From contig CATMVR010000001.1 in the NCBI GenBank assembly GCA_950075905.1, forward strand, positions 1 to 57,527: a stretch of DNA of 57,527 bases. Reading direction: 5' to 3'. Within the stretch, counting starts at the first letter, position 1, and every line of letters starts with the position of its first letter. Shown in pieces: positions 1-9,495 of the stretch. Made by a program: the position numbers and the translations under genes. This stretch comes from an uncultured Persicitalea sp. (GTDB taxonomy: Bacteria; Bacteroidota; Bacteroidia; Cytophagales; Spirosomataceae). Under the pieces are notes generated by a model. That model saw only the letters and a program-made list of their open reading frames with translations. It made no database searches and was not told the DNA's origin.

Positions 1-718
1 CGGAGTTGGAGCAGGCGTAGCGGTGGATTTCCCAGGAACCGGCAGGTACCTGCCAGTTCAGGGTTTCGGTTTTGGGGTCAAAAAAGCGGGACACATTGAC
101 GATCCGGGCGGTATCGAGGTAGTTGCCGGACTGGACCGGAATGGCCAGTACCGCCACTTCCAGACTATACACGGGCTTGCCATCCGGCCTGAACTGGATC
201 AGCAGCTCATTGCCCCTTGCGTCTTTGCGGGGAATGTCAGGGTAAGGCACTTTGATCGACTGACGGCCCGGCTTATCCACCCTCATTTTAGAAAAATAGA
301 GCGACTTGGCCGCGTATTCAGGCGTGACCCAGCTTCCGCCGGCGTTCCAGCTACTGGCCAGGTTCAGGCCCACTTCCAGGCCCAGTTTGCCGGCTTCCTT
401 AATGGCCATGGTGATCGTATTCAACGATTCATCGCCCATAAAGGCCGGACCCGCGGGTACCAGTCCGTCGGGACGGAAGCCGATTTCAAAAATATCCACG
501 CCACCCAGTCCGGCCTGCTTGATACTCCGCAGTTCTTCTTTGAGCAGGGTCGTGTCGGTATGGCCGTTGAGCCACCACCAGTACACCTTGGCGCGGGAGG
601 TACCCTGCGGATCTTTGAAACCTGCCTGCATGGTTTTCAGATCCTGGGCCCTACAGGTACCCGCCATCCAGCACGTAACAAGCAGGAAAGCCAGGAATTT
701 TGAACTATATTTTTTCAT
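1..718 (-). CDS. Secreted glycoside-hydrolase-like protein, N-terminal part (3' end lies beyond the window); GH106/rhamnosidase-like pattern
   Basis: Absent from the ORF track because it runs off the window. Reverse complement from the ATG at 718-716 reads MKKYSSKFLAFLLVTCWMAGTCRAQDLKTMQAGFKDPQGTSRAKVYWWWLNGHTD..LRSIKQAGLGGVDIFE. This is a signal peptide followed by the W-x-W-x-NG ... GxGGv-if-D pattern I associate with PUL hydrolases of the GH106 type. The + strand ORF 23-703 is its antisense shadow. Confidence 0.6.
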   Translation of the reverse strand, partial: MKKYSSKFLAFLLVTCWMAGTCRAQDLKTMQAGFKDPQGTSRAKVYWWWLNGHTDTTLLKEELRSIKQAGLGGVDIFEIGFRPDGLVPAGPAFMGDESLNTITMAIKEAGKLGLEVGLNLASSWNAGGSWVTPEYAAKSLYFSKMRVDKPGRQSIKVPYPDIPRKDARGNELLIQFRPDGKPVYSLEVAVLAIPVQSGNYLDTARIVNVSRFFDPKTETLNWQVPAGSWEIHRYACSNS

Positions 719-755
719 GTTTTTATTAAGGATTTAGGAAGAATACATGCTCTGG

Positions 756-2162
756 TCAGGGGATCGGGATACTATCCTGGTTTTTGGTCATCCACTGATT
801 CAGATTCTTTTTCAGCCGGGCCTTTACCGGCTGGTAGTTGGTTTCGTAGGCCAGGTTTTTTGTTTCGCCGGGGTCGTTCCACAGGTCAAACAGCTGCTCG
901 TTGTGGGCGCCCTGGTTGTACACATTGTACTTGTACCGCTGGTCCCGGATCATCCGGGCGTGGCGCGATTCGTTTTCTTTGTCATCTTCCAATTGCACTA
1001 CTACGTAATCGCGCAGGGTGGCGTCAGGATTTTCCAGTACTTTACGGAGGCTGGTACCGGTAAACGCGGGTGGATTGGGAATACCGGCGTAGTCACACAG
1101 CGTGGGAGCCAGGTCAATGTTCGACACCAGTTGTTTCCGGTCAATGCGTCCTTCGGGGATATGGCCTTTCCAGCTGATGCCAAACGGAATCAGAACGGCT
1201 TCTTCGTACAGGCTCAGCTTGGCCGCCCATTTGTGAGCAGCCGACCCATCGCCGTGGTCGCTGGTGAACACGATAATCGTGTTCTCATCCAGCTTCTGTT
1301 CGCGCAGGGCGTTCATGATCTTGCCAATTTCGCCATCCACCATCTCCGCGAAGCGGTAGTAGTGGTACAGATACGCCCGCCAGTCTTCGTCCGAGTAGTG
1401 CTGCGTGCGCAGCAGTTCGTCGCCGTAGTGATCCATCAATCGCTTCTCCTCCAGCCACTGAGGCTCCTTCATGAGGGGATTGAAGTTAGGCGGTAAAGGC
1501 GGTAGCGGGGCTTTAATCTCCGAAGCTTTGGCGTAGCTATCCGGCCGGCGGGGTACATGACAGATGTCGTGTGGGTTGTGCAGCGACACCGCCAGCAAAA
1601 ATGGTTTGGAATCCTTGTAGCCTTTCAGGTATTTGACGGCCGCGTCGGCAATGGGGCGGTCGGTATCTTCGCCCAGTTCCCAGGATTTGTCCAGGGATTG
1701 GAAAGGAATGACTTTGAATCCATTTACAGAATCCTTGCCGGCCTGGGCGGGATAGGACTCGGGCAAATGCCACTTGCCGGTCCAGGCGGTGTTGTAGCCC
1801 GCCTTGCCAAAAATAGTACCCAGGGTCGGAATGGAAGGAGAGATATGGGCCGAGTTGTTCCAGACCACGCCGGTCTCGTGGGGCATGCGTCCCGTAATCA
1901 CGCTGCTCCGCGAAGGCCCACAGACGGGGGAACTGCAGTAGGATTCAGTAAAGTAGACGCCCCGCTGGGCAAGGGCATCCATATTAGGGGTTTTCAGATT
2001 CGGATTCCCCATCAGGCTCAGGCAGTCGTTCGTCTGCTGATCCGTCATGATGATCAAGACGTTGGGGCGCTGGGGAGCAACCTCATCAGGTATAGCCTTA
2101 AATCCGTACAGCAGGGCCGCTCCTGCGCAAATCACACTTGTTAGTAAGCCTGCCTTTTTCAT
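756..2162 (-). CDS. Sulfatase (formylglycine-dependent arylsulfatase family)
   Basis: 468-aa ORF with an ATG start and a signal-like N-terminus. It carries the sulfatase signature CSSPVCGPSRSSVITGR (C-x-P-x-R) and N-terminal PNVLIIMTDQQ. Confidence 0.9.
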   Translation of the reverse strand: MKKAGLLTSVICAGAALLYGFKAIPDEVAPQRPNVLIIMTDQQTNDCLSLMGNPNLKTPNMDALAQRGVYFTESYCSSPVCGPSRSSVITGRMPHETGVVWNNSAHISPSIPTLGTIFGKAGYNTAWTGKWHLPESYPAQAGKDSVNGFKVIPFQSLDKSWELGEDTDRPIADAAVKYLKGYKDSKPFLLAVSLHNPHDICHVPRRPDSYAKASEIKAPLPPLPPNFNPLMKEPQWLEEKRLMDHYGDELLRTQHYSDEDWRAYLYHYYRFAEMVDGEIGKIMNALREQKLDENTIIVFTSDHGDGSAAHKWAAKLSLYEEAVLIPFGISWKGHIPEGRIDRKQLVSNIDLAPTLCDYAGIPNPPAFTGTSLRKVLENPDATLRDYVVVQLEDDKENESRHARMIRDQRYKYNVYNQGAHNEQLFDLWNDPGETKNLAYETNYQPVKARLKKNLNQWMTKNQDSIPIP

Positions 2163-2223
2163 GTTATGGTCTATTTTTTTTCTATTTGTAATTCCTTTTA
2201 GCAGCGCCTGGTGCCGCCTTAAA

Positions 2224-4767
2224 TTACCAGGATACCACCAGGTTTCCGGTCACGTTCTCCACCACATAATGCTTTCCAAACTGATCCTCACCCTTCCGAA
2301 AAGATACCTGCCCTGTTTTCCAGGGATAGGAGGCGTTCACGTAGGCGCGGAACTGCTGATCCGTCACGTGCTCTTCGGGATAAATACGGACGGTGGCATT
2401 TTTCAATCCGTCCACGCTGTAGCGTTTGGTCACTCCTTTTTGTCCGGAATGAAGCTCCTTGAAAGATACGATACCTTCCTGTTGCTCCACAAATACGCGG
2501 CTTTCGCGGTTCCAAGAGGTAGGCATGGTGTAGGTAGAGCTGCCCTTGTCCAGTTTGGTTTCCAGTCCCAGCAGTAGCGGAGCGCCCTGCTGAAATTTGA
2601 AGCGCTGCTTTACGGTACTATTGGGGTTGTAGCCCGAGAAAATAAAGGCATTGTTGGAGCGGGCTACGGTCAGCACGGGATTCTTGATGGACGGGTCCCG
2701 CTTCTCCACCCCGTGGCTGATGCCAAACTCGGGCAGCACGTAACGCAGGTGCAGCGGGCCAATAAAGTACTTGTCGGGATCATCGGGAGTAAGCAACCGA
2801 CCACCCGTGAAGCTACTGGAATTGGTACCCCGCAGGTAGGCGACTTTGCCGCCCTGCCATTCGAGTTTAGAACGTACCCACACCGCATCCCGGCTTTTAC
2901 CGCCCTGCTCTACCTGCACCAGTAGTTTGGTACCGGCATCGGTGGGGTTTTTTAGGGAGGTACGGAAGCCGCCGCCACTGAACAGCGGCCGGTGGTTGAT
3001 GACGTTAGGATAGGCTTTTTCCAGAATATCAGTAGTATAGTTGGTCTTCATTTTAAATTCCCCTTCCAGCGGCGCTTCGTTTTCCTGATTCAGAAAGTCC
3101 AGAAAAGCCGGGCTGGAATGGTCCGTCGGGCCGAAAATGATCAGTTTGCCCCCCTTTTGAACAAAACCCATCAGGGCTTTTTCCAACGATGACCCGGCAT
3201 CCGGCGCAATCGTTACCAGCGTGGATTCTTTGAAGTACCCCGGGTTTTTAGCAAGTACCGATTGAAATGAAGTCGTGGAAATGACCGTATTCAGCGGCAG
3301 ACCGTTATTAATAGCCTGCCGGATGTACCAGTCGCCGTAGTATACCTCCTGCAAGCGCTCTTCGGACTGGTACGCCCACTTATGGTATTCATCAAACGGG
3401 TACACCCACACCAGCGGGCCGGGAGCGGTCGGGGCATCGTACCGGGCTTTCAGGATATGCGGCGTTACTTCGTCGGGTACCTGCGTGGGCATTTCGCCCA
3501 GGGAGTTGTCGATGGTCAGGAAGTTCAGGTGCGTGGGGATACCAATTTTGCCGTTGGCATCAATCCGGCTGACGGCCATGGGCAGGTAAATGTCGTGCGG
3601 TTCGCGCCCGTAACGGTCCAGCCAGGGGCTGTTGAGCCACCAGGGGTCGTGGGTGTAGTACCGGAATAGGAAGCGGTTGTCGGGAAGCTCCGCCATGCGC
3701 GACATGTACCCCACCATCTCCAGACCAAAGTCGCCGTCGAGGGCCGCCCAGGGAGAGTTGGGCGGGGGAAGCATGTTGTAGCCTCCTTCGTATATCTGTT
3801 TGAGATTGACAGCATCACGCGCCAGATCGGCGCCCACCGACAGGTTAGTACCCCGCGTCTGAATCTGAAAGCCGGGGCACTCCTTGCGGAAAAGCCGCCA
3901 GAACTCATTGATTTTGGCGGTCAGACCGGCCAGTTTTTCCTGTTCAAATTCTTTACCCGTAAAAGTAGCTCCGGTGGCCGACCAGCCCTCGGCCCCAAAC
4001 CCAAAGCCGTTGCTGAACCAGATGTAATCGTAGCCCAGGTCTTTCAGAAAATGCTGACTCTGCCGTCCGAAGAAGGTGCCAAAGGGCGTATTGGCCGGAA
4101 TACCGTTGGGGAAGCCGGCGTAGGACTCATTATCGGCATTCAGGACGGAGTAGCTGCTCACAAAGCTCTTGTGCCCCATGGCGCTACCGCCCAAGATTTC
4201 CGGATGCTTTACGTATTTAAATTCCGATTTGGCAAATTCAGGGCCCGGATCAAACGTAGCCCCTACCAGCACAGGCTTGCCCGTTACCTGTTTGCCAACT
4301 TCTTTCAGGGTCTGAATGATAAATTTAAGATCGCCGTAGGTAAAGGCGGGCGGGTTTTCCATGTAGAGGTAGGCCCGCTCGTGGATAGACAGTTCCTCCG
4401 GCCCCGAGCCAACTTCGTGCTTGGTATTGGGGTTGCCCAGGTACTTCGCCCATTCGAGCGGCTGACTGAGGGTACCCTTGTAGTCCAGGATTTCGGAGCC
4501 GTCGCTCGTCCACAGCATCACCGACACCGTATCCGTATGGCGCAGCAGCGAATGCCACTGGGTAAACATTTCCTTCGCTACCTCCCGGATGTAGGCTTTA
4601 TCGTTCTTTTTGAAAGGCTTCAGGGACGCTTCCAGCGTGATGTTGTTGAACGATTTTCCTTTCAGCGGAGAATCCATGAGTTGCGCCCGGACGGGCTGCG
4701 GATAGCATCCGCAGCCCGCAGACAGACAAATGAGTACTAGTAAAGATTTAATCAGGGATTGTTGCAT
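2224..4767 (-). CDS. Uncharacterised secreted 847-aa PUL-associated protein (possible glycoside hydrolase)
   Basis: Long ORF with an ATG start and a signal/lipoprotein-like N-terminus (LLVLICLSAGCGC). It sits between the sulfatase and SusD on the same strand. I recognise no family motif. Confidence 0.75.
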   Translation of the reverse strand: MQQSLIKSLLVLICLSAGCGCYPQPVRAQLMDSPLKGKSFNNITLEASLKPFKKNDKAYIREVAKEMFTQWHSLLRHTDTVSVMLWTSDGSEILDYKGTLSQPLEWAKYLGNPNTKHEVGSGPEELSIHERAYLYMENPPAFTYGDLKFIIQTLKEVGKQVTGKPVLVGATFDPGPEFAKSEFKYVKHPEILGGSAMGHKSFVSSYSVLNADNESYAGFPNGIPANTPFGTFFGRQSQHFLKDLGYDYIWFSNGFGFGAEGWSATGATFTGKEFEQEKLAGLTAKINEFWRLFRKECPGFQIQTRGTNLSVGADLARDAVNLKQIYEGGYNMLPPPNSPWAALDGDFGLEMVGYMSRMAELPDNRFLFRYYTHDPWWLNSPWLDRYGREPHDIYLPMAVSRIDANGKIGIPTHLNFLTIDNSLGEMPTQVPDEVTPHILKARYDAPTAPGPLVWVYPFDEYHKWAYQSEERLQEVYYGDWYIRQAINNGLPLNTVISTTSFQSVLAKNPGYFKESTLVTIAPDAGSSLEKALMGFVQKGGKLIIFGPTDHSSPAFLDFLNQENEAPLEGEFKMKTNYTTDILEKAYPNVINHRPLFSGGGFRTSLKNPTDAGTKLLVQVEQGGKSRDAVWVRSKLEWQGGKVAYLRGTNSSSFTGGRLLTPDDPDKYFIGPLHLRYVLPEFGISHGVEKRDPSIKNPVLTVARSNNAFIFSGYNPNSTVKQRFKFQQGAPLLLGLETKLDKGSSTYTMPTSWNRESRVFVEQQEGIVSFKELHSGQKGVTKRYSVDGLKNATVRIYPEEHVTDQQFRAYVNASYPWKTGQVSFRKGEDQFGKHYVVENVTGNLVVSW

Positions 4768-4801
4768 AACTACTTAGTATGGTGGTACTAGTCAAGATCA
4801 A

Positions 4802-6235
4802 TTAATATCCCGGATTCTGACCCAGATTCGGATTAATATCAATCTCCCTCAACGGAATTGGCATGAGTACCTCATGGTCGGCGACCGTAAATTTCAGTCC
4901 GTTGTCCTGAAAGTACTTATTCATGACGGTTTGCAGGCGTCCCGTCCGGACGAGGTCGAACCAACGGTGTCCTTCCAGAAAAAACTCCACCCTTCTTTCC
5001 TCTTCCAGGGCCAGTGTCATTTCCGCTTTGGACAGGCCCGACCGGGGCTGAAGTCCGGCCCGGGTGCGGACCATGTTCAGGTAGGTGAGGGCTTCCTGGG
5101 TATTGCCGGTTTCGTTGAGCGCTTCGGCGTACATCAGCAGTACGTCGGCATAGCGCAGGGAGATAAAGTTCACCCCGCCATCGCCCACAATGCCGGTGGT
5201 GAAATCCACGAATTTAAGCCCGTACCTCTCTTTTTCGTACCGGCCGGTCACCAGCCGCACCGAATCGCCCACGGAGGCCGCCTTCCGCAAATCGCCCGGC
5301 TGGTAGGCATTCACCATCTGAACGGTGGGCAGTACACGCCCTGATCCCTGCATATTGCCGGGAAAAATAGCCATATCAAAACGGGCCGGGGTAAAAATGC
5401 TCGAGAACGAATTTCCTTCGCCCACATTACCGGACAGGTACTTGATTTCGAAAATGGATTCCGGCAGCTCGTCGTTGCCATTGGTAAACAGCTTTTTATA
5501 ATCCGGTTGCAATGAGTACGTCTTCTGATCAATTACCTCCTTCAGTACGTTTTTAGCCTGCTCGTATTGTTTGGTGGTGAGATACACTTTTCCCAAAAGG
5601 GTTTTAGCCGCTCCAACGGAGGCCTGCGACTTGCTGGCAAGGGTTACGCCATTCAATAGACTGGCTGCTTCGGTCAGGTCGCTGATAATCAGGTCATATA
5701 CTTCGCTGGCCGGTTTGCGGGTCATGTCAAAGGCCATGATTTCATTCGGACTCCGAAAGGCCACTTCCACAATGGGTACATTGCCAAACAGACGAACCAG
5801 ATAGAAGTAGCTGTAGGCCCGCAGAAACAGCGACTCCCCCCGGAACTGTTTCTTCTGGGCATCGGTCAGGTTGACCGCGTCCAGACGCGACAGGATATTG
5901 TTGCTCCGGGCAATGGTGGCAAAGCAGGTTGTCCATACTGTATTGAGAAAGCCGTTGGCCGGGGTCGGATTCATTTCGTCCAGCTCCGTTTCGGCCACGG
6001 TGGGGGACGTCCACCTGATTTCGGCGTTGTCGGTACTCAGGTCGCCCAGGTACACGATGGCCGCATCGTGCAGGCCTTGCAAGCCGGCGTAGGTGCCGGT
6101 TAGCGCCGTTTCAAAATCCTGGGCATTCTTGTAGAACGAAACCTCGTTGATCTGGTACTCCGGCTGCAGCGTCAGGAAGTCGTTGCAGGAAACCAGCCCG
6201 GCTCCCAGGCCTATAAATAAGATATATTTTTTCAT
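4802..6235 (-). CDS. SusD/RagB-family nutrient-binding outer-membrane lipoprotein
   Basis: 477 aa with lipoprotein signal MKKYILFIGLGAGLVSC. It lies immediately downstream of the SusC-like gene (11-nt gap). Size and TPR-like composition are typical of SusD. Confidence 0.9.
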   Translation of the reverse strand: MKKYILFIGLGAGLVSCNDFLTLQPEYQINEVSFYKNAQDFETALTGTYAGLQGLHDAAIVYLGDLSTDNAEIRWTSPTVAETELDEMNPTPANGFLNTVWTTCFATIARSNNILSRLDAVNLTDAQKKQFRGESLFLRAYSYFYLVRLFGNVPIVEVAFRSPNEIMAFDMTRKPASEVYDLIISDLTEAASLLNGVTLASKSQASVGAAKTLLGKVYLTTKQYEQAKNVLKEVIDQKTYSLQPDYKKLFTNGNDELPESIFEIKYLSGNVGEGNSFSSIFTPARFDMAIFPGNMQGSGRVLPTVQMVNAYQPGDLRKAASVGDSVRLVTGRYEKERYGLKFVDFTTGIVGDGGVNFISLRYADVLLMYAEALNETGNTQEALTYLNMVRTRAGLQPRSGLSKAEMTLALEEERRVEFFLEGHRWFDLVRTGRLQTVMNKYFQDNGLKFTVADHEVLMPIPLREIDINPNLGQNPGY

Positions 6236-6246
6236 TGCGGTAGCTT

Positions 6247-9200
6247 TTAGAAGGTTGTTTTGATACCCAGGGTGTACATGCGGGGCAGTGGGTAATTCAG
6301 GTAATCGATCCCCGCATTCACCACATTATCACCGGTAATACTCGACTCCGGATCGTAGCCGGGGTAGTTGGTGAAGGTTTTCAAATTCGCCACATTGACG
6401 TACACGTTCATATTATTCAGCTTCAGCCTGGAGGTAAGATCCTTGGGTAGCGTGTACGACAGCATGACATTCCTGATGCGGGTAAAGGAATTTTCGAACA
6501 GAAAATGCGAAGAGGTACCAAAGCCCAGCGCGTGGTTGCTCCGAATGGACCGCGGCATAATGCCATCGCCCGGATCAGCCTCCGACCGCCACCTTCTATC
6601 GGTACGTATCAGGTTGTTTTGTACCGCCGTAGCTCCCAGCAGGGCGGCACCGGCATCAATGTACGTATAGGCACCCTGCGAGCCCACCAGGCTTACATTC
6701 AGGCTCAGGTTGCCCAGGGTAAAATTGTTGTCCAGACCCCAGGTGAAATCCGGCCAGGGGGAACCCACGATCTTGCGGTCACTCTGATTAATGACGCCGT
6801 CGCCGTTGACATCCTCAAATTTCAGATCCCCGGCCTGCGTTCTCGGGTGCTGCAGGGCCGCACCGTCCAGCTCGGCGCTGTTCATGAATACCCCCAGCTT
6901 GTTGATCAGGTAGAAGCTGGAAATCGGCGAGCCCACTTCGGTGATCTGGTAGGCCGAATTGGCGATACGACCTCCTTCGGTGGCCAGCTTAAGTACCTTG
7001 TTGCGGTTGTGGCTGAAAGTGAAGTTGGTACTCCATTCAAAGCTTTTCAGGCGCACATTGGTAGACTGCACACCCAGCTCGAAACCTTTGTTCTCAATGT
7101 CTCCGATGTTCTGGGTGGAGCTGTTGAACCCGGAGGCGGCGGGTAGCTGCACCGCCAGCAAAAGATCGGTCTTCAGGTCGCGGTACACATCGGCGGTGAC
7201 ATTCACCCGGTCCTTGAACAAGCCCAGATCCAGGCCGAAATTAGTCTGTTTTGATTTTTCCCAGGTCAGGAAATCGTTCGATAAAGAACTGGGTACCAGG
7301 CCCGGATTGAGGGCATTGTTGCGTATATAGCGGGTAGTACCCAGCAGGCCAATGTGGGTGTAGTCACCAATCTGGTTATTCCCTGATATACCATAGCTGG
7401 CCCGGAGTTTCAGATTGCTAATGAAGCGCACATCCTTCATGAACTCCTCCTCGGCGATGTTGTAGCCCACCGAAAACGAAGGGAAAGTACCCCAGCGGTT
7501 GTTGGCCCCAAACCGTGAGCTGCCGTCCATCCTGACCGTGGCAGTAAGCAGGTACTTGCCGGCGTACGAGTAGTTGACCCGGGCCATGGTGGAGAGCAGC
7601 GCCCACTCATTGACGATCTGGGTGCCGGCATTGACGATACCGGCCGAGATGAAAGGTACGTATTCGGTGGGGAAGTCCGACGCGCCCACCGACACCCGGT
7701 CGAAGCGGTTTTTCTGAGCCGTAAACCCTACCAGTCCGCTCACAAAGTGCGTGTTGTTAAAAACCCGGTTATAACTGAGCGTGTTTTCATTCAACCAGTT
7801 GAGGGTTTCGGCTTTTGACACCCCGGCCGAAGCGGGATAGTTGAGGGTGGTGAAGTTGGGTACCGCCGAGGAGCGCCACAATTTGACGTTGTTGGAGCTG
7901 AAATTCACCCCGATGGAGCTGCGGAAGGTCAGATCGTTGGTCAGGTTGATTTCCACAAAATTGTTGGTCACCACATCCATTACCTTCCGGCGGTCTTCGG
8001 TACCTTCGCTGACGGCCAGCACGTTGGCAAGAAAGCCCAGACCATCCGTCACATCGGCCTGATTGAAGTAGTAGCTGCCATCGGGATTATAGACCGGGAT
8101 GGTGGGTGAGGCCGCCAGCACGTTGCTCAAAAGGCCGCCCTGTCCGTAGTGGGACTCCGTGTTGGCAAACCGGCCGTAGCCGTACGACCCAAACGTGGAG
8201 GTACCTACCTTGATCCGTTTGGTCACCTGGGCATCCACATTGACCCGCAGATTGAAGCGGTTGTAGTCGGAATTAATGATGATTCCCTGCTGCGAGAAGT
8301 ACCCGCCCGAAATAAAGTACCTGAGCTTGTCGGTACCCCCTGTGGAGGACACCTGCAGGTTGCGGACCGGGGCGGTTCTGAAAATGACATCCTGCCAGTC
8401 GGTATCGGTGGTGATGGACTCCGGGTTTCTGAACTCGGGCCGGACTCGGGTAGCCGCCGATCTCACGGAGTTGGGGTCAGTGGCCTTTCCGCCGGCGTAG
8501 ACCCAGGCATTGTCACGGCCATCGGCCACGTACTCGGCGTACTGTTGGGCGTTCAGCATGTGCAGTTTGTTGGCTACTTCCTGAATTCCATAAGAAGCAT
8601 CCACGCTGATCTGGGATTTACCATAGGTACCCCGTTTGGTCGTAATAATTACCACGCCATTGGCTCCTCTGGAACCATAAATAGCCGTAGCGGAGGCATC
8701 CTTCAGGATTTCAATGGATTCAATATCCGATGGATTGATGGAGGCCAGGGGATTCACCCGGTTGCCGGTATTGTTGGCCATACCGGCCGACGAGAAGCTG
8801 TTGCCTCCGTAACTCCGCATGTCGGAGCCGCCGCCGCCCGCGCCCATGGCAAAGCCATCAATCACATAAAGGGGTTGGTTGCCTCCGGTGATGGAGCTCA
8901 CGCCCCGGATCAGGATATTCACGTTTCCGCCGGGCGCACCGGTCGTTTGGGTAATCTGCACGCCCGGGGCCTTGCCCTGCAGCATCTGGTCGAAGCTCGC
9001 GGCGGAGGGCTGAATCATCTGCTCCCCCGAAATCTTGGTAATAGATCCGGTCAGGTCTTTCTTTCGCTGGGTACCATATCCCACCACCACCACGTCGCTG
9101 AGTTGCTGCATATCCGGCTGAAGCGATATGTCGATCTGCGTACGGTTGTTTACCGGCACTTCCTGAAAATTGTACCCAATAAAGCTCACCACCAGCGTGG

Positions 9201-9438
9201 CTCCTGGGGCAGTATTCAGTTGGAAGTTGCCGTTGGCATCCGTAGTAGTGCCACTGGTGGTACCCTTTTCCGCAATTGTGGCTCCCACGAGCGGACCTCC
9301 GTCTTCGGTCGATGTGACTTTGCCGCGAACCAGCTGTTTTTCAGTGGACTGCGCCTGGACTTTCCAGGGTACTCCGGTCAGGCTGGCGGCCAGGCACAGG
9401 AGCAAAAGCGCCAGTCGATGCTTGAATAAGTGTATCAT
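6247..9438 (-). CDS. SusC/RagA-family TonB-dependent outer-membrane transporter
   Basis: It has a carboxypeptidase-regulatory-like N-domain (VRGKVTSTEDGGPLVGATI..GNFQL), a plug region (DVVVVGYGTQRKKDLTGSI) and a C-terminal ...YTLGIKTTF. The track ORF begins at a GTG (9486); the ATG at 9438 (MIHLFKHRLALLLLCL) gives a normal signal peptide. Confidence 0.9.
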   Translation of the reverse strand: MIHLFKHRLALLLLCLAASLTGVPWKVQAQSTEKQLVRGKVTSTEDGGPLVGATIAEKGTTSGTTTDANGNFQLNTAPGATLVVSFIGYNFQEVPVNNRTQIDISLQPDMQQLSDVVVVGYGTQRKKDLTGSITKISGEQMIQPSAASFDQMLQGKAPGVQITQTTGAPGGNVNILIRGVSSITGGNQPLYVIDGFAMGAGGGGSDMRSYGGNSFSSAGMANNTGNRVNPLASINPSDIESIEILKDASATAIYGSRGANGVVIITTKRGTYGKSQISVDASYGIQEVANKLHMLNAQQYAEYVADGRDNAWVYAGGKATDPNSVRSAATRVRPEFRNPESITTDTDWQDVIFRTAPVRNLQVSSTGGTDKLRYFISGGYFSQQGIIINSDYNRFNLRVNVDAQVTKRIKVGTSTFGSYGYGRFANTESHYGQGGLLSNVLAASPTIPVYNPDGSYYFNQADVTDGLGFLANVLAVSEGTEDRRKVMDVVTNNFVEINLTNDLTFRSSIGVNFSSNNVKLWRSSAVPNFTTLNYPASAGVSKAETLNWLNENTLSYNRVFNNTHFVSGLVGFTAQKNRFDRVSVGASDFPTEYVPFISAGIVNAGTQIVNEWALLSTMARVNYSYAGKYLLTATVRMDGSSRFGANNRWGTFPSFSVGYNIAEEEFMKDVRFISNLKLRASYGISGNNQIGDYTHIGLLGTTRYIRNNALNPGLVPSSLSNDFLTWEKSKQTNFGLDLGLFKDRVNVTADVYRDLKTDLLLAVQLPAASGFNSSTQNIGDIENKGFELGVQSTNVRLKSFEWSTNFTFSHNRNKVLKLATEGGRIANSAYQITEVGSPISSFYLINKLGVFMNSAELDGAALQHPRTQAGDLKFEDVNGDGVINQSDRKIVGSPWPDFTWGLDNNFTLGNLSLNVSLVGSQGAYTYIDAGAALLGATAVQNNLIRTDRRWRSEADPGDGIMPRSIRSNHALGFGTSSHFLFENSFTRIRNVMLSYTLPKDLTSRLKLNNMNVYVNVANLKTFTNYPGYDPESSITGDNVVNAGIDYLNYPLPRMYTLGIKTTF

Positions 9439-9495
9439 AATAAAAGGGTTTAGGAATAAAAAATTCTTGAAAGGGAAGGGACTCACTCCCTTTTG

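Noticed and set aside
23-703. The + strand 226-aa ORF at the window start.
   Set aside because: The minus strand here encodes a signal-peptide hydrolase N-terminus with recognisable motifs that runs off the window. The + ORF is its shadow.
8149-9429. Long antisense ORFs: 8149-9429, 45374-46420, 26792-27973, 23074-23733, 34054-34842, 38035-38754, 16014-16703, 49418-50050, 20368-21108, 9808-10578 and 56168-56758.
   Set aside because: Each lies entirely opposite a gene with strong family motifs. Their translations are R/G/P/H/V-rich low-information sequence without motifs. These are typical shadow ORFs of GC-biased coding DNA.
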